DNA of 54,663 nt, from positions 1-54,663 of the IMG/VR virus record IMGVR_UViG_3300048792_000052; one strand, written 5' to 3'. Positions 18,748 to 26,666 of this stretch are shown piece by piece. The translations under genes were made by a program, and so were the position numbers. Numbering within the stretch: position 1 is the stretch's first letter; every line of letters starts with the position of its first letter. Under the pieces are notes generated by a model. It had not been told where the DNA came from and did no database searches. It saw nothing but the letters and a program-made list of their open reading frames with translations. This DNA is from a virus. Lineage: Duplodnaviria; Caudoviricetes.

Positions 18748-19212
18748 TTATTGCTGAACGGAACTGGGTACAAGTGCTTTTGCCTTAAGACTAACCGCGA
18801 ACACGACATATGTCACGCTCGCGCTACTCACAGGCCCCGGAGGGTCAAGAATGGCCGGTAGGACGCCGCCTACGGCCATGCCTTGCAAGGTAACGTCGTT
18901 ATCGAAGACCTGAAGCACGGCATCCATCAGCCCTTCAAGGTAGGTCGGGTCGGTTTTTGGCAGATTTTCAGGGGTGGTTACCACTCCCACGTACCAGGTG
19001 TATTCGCGAATGTTCGTGGCGGTGTCGGCGGGTTCTGAAGCGCTGACGGTCGGAGGAATGATGATGGCCGAAGGGAACGCGCCCCACGTCCGCTCGAGTG
19101 GATTCAGCTTCGTGAAGTCGTCGACTGAATAGGAACCCAAGGTACCGGCCGTAACCAGGGCCTGGAGGTCGTTCACGATCGCATTTTTCATATTCTGAGC
19201 GAAGCTATGCAT
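18748..19212 (-). CDS. Tail terminator/completion protein
   Basis: Position after gp10-like gene; FPSAII, D.TL.G motif. Confidence 0.6.
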   Translation of the reverse strand: MHSFAQNMKNAIVNDLQALVTAGTLGSYSVDDFTKLNPLERTWGAFPSAIIIPPTVSASEPADTATNIREYTWYVGVVTTPENLPKTDPTYLEGLMDAVLQVFDNDVTLQGMAVGGVLPAILDPPGPVSSASVTYVVFAVSLKAKALVPSSVQQ

Positions 19213-19669
19213 TAGATTGTGAAACGATTTGTGCGTTTATCTTTTCGAGCGCTTGGATGAAAAGCGTTTCGATGTCGGGCTGGGAAGCGGCAATGATTCT
19301 TTCAAGAAAAGGATTCGCTTTCGTGCCGGGGTGGTGAACAAGAGTGCCGAACACCTGGCCCGTCGCCACGTTCGCAAGGACGCGCTTGTTTACGGGTCTG
19401 ATAAGGTGCGGGGCGGTGCCAAACTCCACAAAAGGAGCGTAGTTGGCTTTCGGGAACCAACGGGCGAACATATTGCCTATTTCGAATCCCCAATTTTGGA
19501 CGAGATAACCGGTGCGGATGGGGACGGTAGCGCCGGTGGTGAACTTCGCTAAGATGGCCTGCGCCGCGACGATGGCATTTTGAATGATGGGCTGGGAGAT
19601 GGCCGGATACTCCGCAAACGCTTCTTGGAGTGCCGGAAGATTGGGGATTTGTACTTGGAATGTTGCCAT
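19205..19669 (-). CDS. HK97 gp10-like neck protein
   Basis: VPIRTGYL, YAPFVEFGT, HPGTKANPFL. Confidence 0.85.
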   Translation of the reverse strand: MATFQVQIPNLPALQEAFAEYPAISQPIIQNAIVAAQAILAKFTTGATVPIRTGYLVQNWGFEIGNMFARWFPKANYAPFVEFGTAPHLIRPVNKRVLANVATGQVFGTLVHHPGTKANPFLERIIAASQPDIETLFIQALEKINAQIVSQSNA

Positions 19670-20532
19670 TAGAAAGTGGTGAATCGGGTATAGCGGTTGA
19701 TGGTGTCCTTATCCATCTGGTCGAGGTCGTTTCGCCATGAGGTCGTTGCGCCTGACATTGACTCGCTTGCCTTGCCGTCCAAGGGAAGGCGTTTGAAAAT
19801 ACGGACGGCTATGTTTTCGCAGGTATTCGAAAGGTCTGTCGGCAACTGATGCGAGACCCCGTCGCCGGCGTTTTCCCATTTGACGGGGAAGCCTGCAACA
19901 TAGGTCGCGCGGAGCATGTTCGAATAGATCCGCGGCATCGCCCCGTACACGCGCACAATACCGGAGTAGCCCTGCTGCTCCAATTCGAATTGGTCGGTGA
20001 TGAAGGCAGTCCAGCTCGGGTTGCTTGGAGTCCCCGCCCGCCACTGGAACGAAATGAGGCCGCTGATTTCGAACACCGCTCCGGTCTGCGTAACGCTCGC
20101 TGGCTGGCTCATGGTCACACTGGAGCCGGATACCGAGAGGACGGTCGTTCCCTGCGGAAAGAGGCCCTGGATGGCGTAGAGAGGCATTCCGGCGACAATG
20201 CCAATGGATGGAGTAACGTTCGCGACGACAGGGGAATTAGTGGTCAGATCGCCCGTAACGATGAGATAGGTAACGGGGGCGTTGCGGAGCAGAAGGGTCT
20301 CCTGGCGGGTGCCCCGCACGCTGTACACCTCGTTCGTATATTTCTTCTGAACGAAGTGTCCGTCGTTCGGGTATCGCTCTATTCCGCTCTTGCCGCACGC
20401 CCGCTCAATGAGGTCGGTTGAGGCGTTAATCACGCGCGTAAGAACGGCGTCGTTTTGAATGTTGTTAAGATTCAGCCGATCTTTGACGCGCTGCAAAGAA
20501 GTTAAGGCGTAGGGAGATAGTTTTTCTGCCAT
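19669..20532 (-). CDS. Head-tail adaptor (gp6/gp15-like) with an inserted beta-rich domain
   Basis: LTSLQRVKDRL..NDAVLTRVINAS..IE, TYVAGF, LPTDL, SES.SG; start MAEK inferred. Confidence 0.78.
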   Translation of the reverse strand: MAEKLSPYALTSLQRVKDRLNLNNIQNDAVLTRVINASTDLIERACGKSGIERYPNDGHFVQKKYTNEVYSVRGTRQETLLLRNAPVTYLIVTGDLTTNSPVVANVTPSIGIVAGMPLYAIQGLFPQGTTVLSVSGSSVTMSQPASVTQTGAVFEISGLISFQWRAGTPSNPSWTAFITDQFELEQQGYSGIVRVYGAMPRIYSNMLRATYVAGFPVKWENAGDGVSHQLPTDLSNTCENIAVRIFKRLPLDGKASESMSGATTSWRNDLDQMDKDTINRYTRFTTF

Positions 20533-20600
20533 TGTTGCGGAGGGGAATACCCTCGCCACAGGCCTCCGGTAAAGAAGACCTGCTGGCGAAAGTTCAAATA

Positions 20601-21053
20601 CTAAGTATTTGAAACGGTCGTCGTGACTGGAAGTTGTCCAGCAGCGCCACCGAAGATTATTTCGGCGTAGGAAACACTGGCCGGTGACGAGCCGCCTGTG
20701 AAGGTCGGCGTGATGACCGCACGAAGATACCGCTTCCGGTTAAGGTTGAGGCCTTCGATGCGTGCCGCGTTCACTCCGTCTGCACTGTGGGTGTTCAGCG
20801 TGAAGCCGATAACCGTGCCCGTGTTATCGAGGGCGTTGCTCCAGTTCGTCGAACCGTCTGCCGACTCTTGGAGCGTAACGACGAGCGATGCGGCTGAGGG
20901 AGTTCCCGACGCCAGTACCGCGTAGACGTGGAGCTTCGCGTTGTCGTACCCCGAGGTATCGACCGAAACGCCATCCACGGCGCTTGAACCGCTCACGCTC
21001 TGCGGGACGATGCTCGTGACGTTATGGACGTCATCATATGCACTAAAACGCAT
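20601..21053 (-). CDS. Capsid decoration-like protein
   Basis: VD..GYD, LVVTLQESADG..W, KRYLRAVIT; directly after major capsid. Confidence 0.65.
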   Translation of the reverse strand: MRFSAYDDVHNVTSIVPQSVSGSSAVDGVSVDTSGYDNAKLHVYAVLASGTPSAASLVVTLQESADGSTNWSNALDNTGTVIGFTLNTHSADGVNAARIEGLNLNRKRYLRAVITPTFTGGSSPASVSYAEIIFGGAAGQLPVTTTVSNT

Positions 21054-21197
21054 GGTGATAATTTGTTGGCCCCTGCCTTCCCTCGACTTTAATCGGAAGG
21101 GACGAACCTCGCGGATTTCCGCAATAGTTCGACGGGCGGTTTATGAATCCGTTCCGGCCTGCAATCAGGAATAACTGCAAGCCGGACCGGAAAGAGC

Positions 21198-22424
21198 TTA
21201 CGAAGCTGCCGTATAAACGACAGTGAAAGCCTTGGGAAGCACGACCACGAAACCGTGGCGATGCTTGTAGACGATGCCAGACTGGTCGGTGAGGGCAATT
21301 TCCTTGCCACCAAACGAACCGGACTGGAAGTTGCCGACGCGGATATCGCCCTTGTCGCCGAACGCACACGCCTTCATATTTCCGAAGATCATGAATGAGG
21401 TGTTTGTCTGCGTAACAACGGTCGTCGCCGGAAGCCATCGGTTCGTGAAGACCGGGAAGCCGGCCATCTCGCCTGCTGGCTTGATCGGACCGCCGAGCGC
21501 ATCATGCGCCAACTCGTCGCGGGCGCCGCTCAAGAACAAGAACGGCAAGCCGGAGGTCGAAGCGAGCGCGGTGCGGATTCCTGCCCAGACGGTGCGGTGC
21601 ATGTACCAACCCGCTCCATCCAAGATTGATTCCTCAAGCGTCGCAACAACGTTGCCAGCATCCGTTACCGGATTGAACGACGTATAGGTCGTCTGGCTGT
21701 TGCTAGCTTTCATCGTGTAGGTGTTGACGTTCGCGGCGTTCAAGATGCCAACGAAAGGACCCGGAGCGGTCGAAGACTGCCCGATGAATCCCTGCTGGTC
21801 AATCATGTTCGCGAGCGCCTCACCTGCCATCGCCAAGAGCCAATCGCCCAACTGAACCGAAGCATCGGCCAAGAGGTCGTTGCCAACGGTGAAGGCGAGC
21901 TGCCACTTGCGAGCGATCAAAACGGCCTGGCCGAACGTAAGTCCGGTTACCACGCCGGGGAGATCAACGCCGATGTAAGAACCGGTGAGGAAGGTGCCGG
22001 TGAAATTGGGGATGCCCAATTCATCGGTCTTCATCTGCCACTTCTGACATTGCTTCATGATCGTTCCGACCGAAGCGGCGATACGAAGGATCGCTGCCGC
22101 AACTTCCGGTTGGACCAAGTAGCCGCCGCGGTTGTCCTGTTCCTCAATCAAAGCTTCGTTCGCTTTTGTAACGCGAACTGCCTTCGATTCATGGCCCTTG
22201 AACGCGGAAATCACCTGCGCGGCGAAATCCTTCTTAACCTCTTCCGAGAGGCCAGTGCGGTCATAGCCAAAGAGGTACTTATCGAGCGTCATCTGCTCGA
22301 CAACCTTGCGGGCGTTTTTGATGGATACTTCCTCCATCGTGGGGATGAGCTTTTGCTCCATGAAGTCGTTGAAACCCTTGCTGACGGTTTCCTCAACCGA
22401 CTTCAAAATTTCTTTTGTGTCCAC
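21198..22424 (-). CDS. HK97-fold major capsid protein
   Basis: GGYLVQPEV, DLLADAS, PFVGILN, WYMHRTVW, G.MAGFPV, IFGNM. Confidence 0.92.
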   Translation of the reverse strand: MDTKEILKSVEETVSKGFNDFMEQKLIPTMEEVSIKNARKVVEQMTLDKYLFGYDRTGLSEEVKKDFAAQVISAFKGHESKAVRVTKANEALIEEQDNRGGYLVQPEVAAAILRIAASVGTIMKQCQKWQMKTDELGIPNFTGTFLTGSYIGVDLPGVVTGLTFGQAVLIARKWQLAFTVGNDLLADASVQLGDWLLAMAGEALANMIDQQGFIGQSSTAPGPFVGILNAANVNTYTMKASNSQTTYTSFNPVTDAGNVVATLEESILDGAGWYMHRTVWAGIRTALASTSGLPFLFLSGARDELAHDALGGPIKPAGEMAGFPVFTNRWLPATTVVTQTNTSFMIFGNMKACAFGDKGDIRVGNFQSGSFGGKEIALTDQSGIVYKHRHGFVVVLPKAFTVVYTAAS

Positions 22425-22451
22425 TGATTTATTTGTTGTGGGAGATCAGAA

Positions 22452-24344
22452 CTATTTCCGGGGATACAGCTTTTCGAGCTTCTCATTGAGTTGCCGTAAG
22501 CCGGTCTCGGAGACAGTTTTGATCTGTCTCACGAGCCGTTGGCCGAGTAGGTACGCCTCAAGCTCTTCCGAGCTGGACTTCCTGCCGCCATTCGCTCCTG
22601 AGATTCTCGACCTTGAGTTTGGGGTCGCGGACTTTTCGTCCGACGTTTCCTTCCCCTCGTCGCCCTCTGGCTGAGCCGTAAGCTCCTTAAGGGCCGCGAT
22701 TGCTTTGTTGGTGAACTCCTCATGGTCGGCAGAATGCTTTGCGTGGAACTCTTCGATAGACTTTACGATGGCGTCAATCTTCTCCTGGGTCTTGGCAGAA
22801 ATGACCCGGCCCGCCTTCACGATGGTTTTCTCCCCCTTACCGTCGTCCTCGCCTTCACCCATCTCCGCCTTGCACATTTCCATATGCGCGGCCTTGTGGC
22901 GCTCTAATTCAGTGCCGATGGCCTTCGTGTATTCCTCGATAGCTTTCTCTTTATCCTTGTCTTCGCCGTCTTCCGGGAAGGCAGACTTGAACTCCTCGAT
23001 TGCCTTATCGCATGCCTTGACGTGGTTCAAATGCTCGGCCTTCATTTCGGACTTGAACTCGTCGATGGCTTTCTTCTGGTCTTCCAACTCGTAGCCTTCA
23101 TCAATGGCCTTCATGCACTTCTCAAGGTGGGAGTCCTGCTCGGTATCCATCTCGCCCTTGTATTCCTCGATGGCTTTTTCCGCGCCACCCATACACTTCT
23201 CGGAAAACTCATCGATTGCCTTACCGACCGCCTCGCCGTGCCTCGTATGTTCCGCTGTGATGTTTTTGATAAGTTCTTTATTCATGGCTTCGAATTTACT
23301 TTTGTCGCCGCCCGCCGGAACGCACACCATCTCGCCTGGATTGTCGCTGTCCTCCGCGAGCACTCCGGGCGTTCCGTCGTCCAGCTCGCAGTGGTCGCCG
23401 ATTTGCGGGCTTTTGGATACGGTATCCAGCAGTTCGGGACTTTTTTTTAGAATTTGAAAAAGTTCCACCGCCTTCTCATAGTCCGGCGCTTCCTTGCCGA
23501 ACTCTTTGTAATGCTTGGCCAAATGCGAATAGGTTGCTTTCCTGTCGCCCTCCGGGATGTCAACGCCGCCGCGCGAACCCATGAGCGCACCCATCGCCGC
23601 CGCCACGCCTTTCCAGACTGCTTTCATGTCCTCTGCGCGGTGATGAGGCAATTTGTAGGCGGACTTCTTTTCGTTATTCTCTGAATCGAACCAGGTACAG
23701 ATGGACTTCAGTTTGTCTAAATCATCGCCGCACGCCTTCACCTGGGCTGGGCCGTCCCACGTCGCATCAATGTCGTCGACAATGCCGTGGCTCTTGAAGG
23801 GAACGGCGCCCTTGGTGGTGAAGGAAAGTCCCTTCATCACAAGGCTCGCCATGTCGAGATTCAGCTTCTTTGATTCGCGGAGCGAGAGGGCATAGGGGTT
23901 GGCCGGAACGGGTACGAAGCTGAACTCCAAGAGTTCCAAATCGCCGTCCTCGTGCTGCATGTATCCGACTGATGTCGTATTGATATAGCCCGCTTCGTAG
24001 AGGCCCGCGATCTGGCTAGCGAAGGGATTCAGTTCAGCCGGAGCGAACTTGCCTTCGGCCACCAGCTTGCCGCCTTCCACCTTGATACCCGTGCAGATGG
24101 CAATAGGGGGATTGTAATAATCGTGCGCCCAGAGGACAACGGGGTTCTGCTTGTAATTTTCTAATTTCCACTTGGACTGGTCGAGCGCATCGCCCTGCCG
24201 GTCTTCGTCCGACGTGCTGATGACGACTTTGAATGTGCCGCCATCCGATGCTTTGATTTTCGCTACGTCTTTTTGATTCTTAACGAGGGCTGCTTGGAAG
24301 TCCTTGAGGAGATCGGCTGAAAATTGTTTTAAGGCTTCATTCAC
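22452..24344 (-). CDS. HK97-family prohead protease fused to an extra domain and a repetitive scaffold (GTG start at 24344 inferred)
   Basis: ISTSDEDRQGD, NPVVLWAH, TSVGY, ELLEFSFVPVPANPYAL, then YKLPHH domain, KAI(D/E)E(F/Y) repeats and KAGRVISA. Confidence 0.88.
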   Translation of the reverse strand: MNEALKQFSADLLKDFQAALVKNQKDVAKIKASDGGTFKVVISTSDEDRQGDALDQSKWKLENYKQNPVVLWAHDYYNPPIAICTGIKVEGGKLVAEGKFAPAELNPFASQIAGLYEAGYINTTSVGYMQHEDGDLELLEFSFVPVPANPYALSLRESKKLNLDMASLVMKGLSFTTKGAVPFKSHGIVDDIDATWDGPAQVKACGDDLDKLKSICTWFDSENNEKKSAYKLPHHRAEDMKAVWKGVAAAMGALMGSRGGVDIPEGDRKATYSHLAKHYKEFGKEAPDYEKAVELFQILKKSPELLDTVSKSPQIGDHCELDDGTPGVLAEDSDNPGEMVCVPAGGDKSKFEAMNKELIKNITAEHTRHGEAVGKAIDEFSEKCMGGAEKAIEEYKGEMDTEQDSHLEKCMKAIDEGYELEDQKKAIDEFKSEMKAEHLNHVKACDKAIEEFKSAFPEDGEDKDKEKAIEEYTKAIGTELERHKAAHMEMCKAEMGEGEDDGKGEKTIVKAGRVISAKTQEKIDAIVKSIEEFHAKHSADHEEFTNKAIAALKELTAQPEGDEGKETSDEKSATPNSRSRISGANGGRKSSSEELEAYLLGQRLVRQIKTVSETGLRQLNEKLEKLYPRK

Positions 24345-24348
24345 TCCG

Positions 24349-24897
24349 TTAGTAAGGAAGTTGGTCGAAGGTAATGCTGACGCGGGTGGAACTGACTTCG
24401 GTAACCGCAGCGCCCGTGATATTTCCAACTGCTACCGTGGCCGTGCCGGTCGCGCCGTTCGTTGAAGTGAGCAAGCAACCTGCGATGTAGGCCGTGGTCG
24501 TCGCCGTGCTGCCGCTGCAAATGGCTCCGATGTTCAAGCCCTGGGTTTCCGAAACCGTTACGGTCGTCGTGGCCGTGGAGGTCGTGGAACCGAACGGGCC
24601 AAGAGTGAAACCGGCTGACGGGAGCGTTCCCGAAGCAGTTACGTAAGCCAGAAGGCCGTGGTACTGGTCATTGCCGCCGATTGAGACGCCGTTCTGGTCG
24701 TCATTCGAGAGCGAGCCGACCGGCGTGACGTAACCATTGCCAGTCAATCCGCCGGAGCCGCTTCCAGTCACGAGCTGGCTCGGAACGATGCCGCCCGCGA
24801 AGTCGCCGCCGAGAAGTGGCTTGGCAACCGCACCGCCAACCACACCGCCAACCAACGAACACGCAACTACGACCGCGATAAGAGTTTTATTATTCAT
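24349..24897 (-). CDS. Signal-peptide-bearing Thr/Ser-rich protein
   Basis: MNNKTLIAVVVACSLVGGVVGGAV; STTSTATTT, STATTT; likely leaderless promoter TTGTCA-17-TAAGGT. Confidence 0.7.
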   Translation of the reverse strand: MNNKTLIAVVVACSLVGGVVGGAVAKPLLGGDFAGGIVPSQLVTGSGSGGLTGNGYVTPVGSLSNDDQNGVSIGGNDQYHGLLAYVTASGTLPSAGFTLGPFGSTTSTATTTVTVSETQGLNIGAICSGSTATTTAYIAGCLLTSTNGATGTATVAVGNITGAAVTEVSSTRVSITFDQLPY

Positions 24898-24953
24898 GGC
24901 TTAACCTTACCAGTGCTTTGATTTCTGACAAGACAGGTAAAGTTGTGCATAAC

Positions 24954-25394
24954 TTATTCGGGCAGGCGGGGCGCGACGATTATCTTCAATCCGTTCCACG
25001 TGAGGATTTCGTTCGGCGACCAGGTGGCCACAATCTGGGCGAGGAACGTGCCGGTGTTCGGGAAATTGCCCGCTGCGATGCGGTAATGGCAGGTCCCGTC
25101 CGGACCGTCATCCACTGCCATAACACCGCTAAACAGGATGGTTTCCGTGTCGTCCTGGGTGTCCTGCACGTTGATCGTGAGCGAGGCAGAGTTGAGGTCC
25201 ACTGGGTTTCCGCTGCCGTCCAAGAGCGTGAAAGGAAGGCCGTAGCCAAAATCATCTTGGGTAACGACGTAGGGCTGAACGATGTTGAATCCAAGGCTTA
25301 GCGTGCGCATGGCAAGTTCAACGAGCGGGGCGATGACGCCCGCGATGCGACTCGATGCGTAGGTGTTGGTTGCGTAGCCGGAATATCCATACAT
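24954..25394 (-). CDS. BppU N-terminal-like virion protein
   Basis: VTQDD...FTLLDGSGNPVDL.SAS, G.C.Y, G.F.AQI..TW. Confidence 0.6.
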   Translation of the reverse strand: MYGYSGYATNTYASSRIAGVIAPLVELAMRTLSLGFNIVQPYVVTQDDFGYGLPFTLLDGSGNPVDLNSASLTINVQDTQDDTETILFSGVMAVDDGPDGTCHYRIAAGNFPNTGTFLAQIVATWSPNEILTWNGLKIIVAPRLPE

Positions 25395-25453
25395 GGGGGA
25401 TGGATTAACTGTACAAAGCGTGCAGGATTTGGCAAGCGGTAGAATGGCGGGAC

Positions 25454-26029
25454 ATGGAACCTTGGATTGTCCCCGTATTGACCGTTGGAGCCAGCTTCTT
25501 AGGCGGCTTGTTCGGAGGATACATTTCGAAGCGCGGCGAGATTCATGCGGTCCATAAGGAACTGGACAAGGTGGTCGCGCAAACTACGGCGATTACGAAA
25601 GCGACAGAAGAAATCAAGGATACGCTTCTCACGAAGGCGTGGGCACGGGATATCCGGAAAGAAGTGTCTTTTGAAGCTATCAAAACGATGGGGAAGCTGA
25701 ATGACCGGGTTACTGACTTCATGGTTTCGCATCGCATGAAGGACGGTGAATTTTTGACCGACACGCTCAGGCGCAGGAAGGCAGCGAATGACTTTGATGC
25801 CATCCATGACGATCTCTTGGGCATCCAGATGCTCGTAGCGGTTGTGTGTAGTAATGACGTGAGCGAAGCCATTGGTGAGCTATTAAAGCACTCTTTAGAC
25901 TTAGCCATGGATCTTTCAAAGGGAAGACTGGGCGAAGACGAAGCACAGGTGAAACGCGGGAAGGAATTCGGTGTGCTACGAGTGCATGTTGGCGAGATGG
26001 TACGAAAGGATCTTGGGATCGACAACTGA
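25454..26029 (+). CDS. Moron: N-terminal TM helical protein
   Basis: Opposite strand to the late operon; TAGAAT 8 nt before the ATG. Confidence 0.7.
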   Translation: MEPWIVPVLTVGASFLGGLFGGYISKRGEIHAVHKELDKVVAQTTAITKATEEIKDTLLTKAWARDIRKEVSFEAIKTMGKLNDRVTDFMVSHRMKDGEFLTDTLRRRKAANDFDAIHDDLLGIQMLVAVVCSNDVSEAIGELLKHSLDLAMDLSKGRLGEDEAQVKRGKEFGVLRVHVGEMVRKDLGIDN

Positions 26030-26114
26030 AGTAGAACGTATTGGTCAGGCTGCACGTCTCAAGATGGAATCCATGCATCGCGGATGGGACGAGCGGACGT
26101 GCTAGCATGTCTCG

Positions 26115-26606
26115 ATGGCATTGCGGACAGGCGTGTTTCTCCTGGCGATATTCTCGCTGATGGAATCTCCACTCAGCGCGCAGCATGGAACATTTCATCT
26201 TTACCAAGTGAACCGACCGCGCACGAGATCGGCGGTGAATTACGAAGTGGCTGGTTCGTACACTGTAGGAAAGGACGGGGTCGTCGTGGTCAGGATTGCG
26301 GAGATGATGGTGTTTGCATCCGGGTCTGTAACCCTACACACGCTGAAAATCGGGCTGTGTTCGGAGACTGACGGATTTGCGGTACCAGGCGATGAAGTCT
26401 TCGCGCCGGAGATCCCACTGGAAAAAACTTTGGAGACTAATCAGAAGTACACTATGCCCGTAAGAACGGTTCGGATTGTCCTTACCAAGAAAGTTCCGAA
26501 GCACAACTATTTTTGCACCGTGCTTTCGAACTCAGGGGGAAACGATTATTATGCGCAAGGTTCACGAATGACGACTGTGGTTCTCGCAAGCGAGTGGATT
26601 AAGTAG
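26115..26606 (+). CDS. Moron: secreted hypothetical protein
   Basis: Signal peptide ending SAQ; 163 aa. Confidence 0.6.
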   Translation: MALRTGVFLLAIFSLMESPLSAQHGTFHLYQVNRPRTRSAVNYEVAGSYTVGKDGVVVVRIAEMMVFASGSVTLHTLKIGLCSETDGFAVPGDEVFAPEIPLEKTLETNQKYTMPVRTVRIVLTKKVPKHNYFCTVLSNSGGNDYYAQGSRMTTVVLASEWIK

Positions 26607-26666
26607 AAAGCGTTGGCCCCCTACTGGCAGAAGCTCGGCTTGGTCGTAGTTGAAGCGAAAGTAGCC

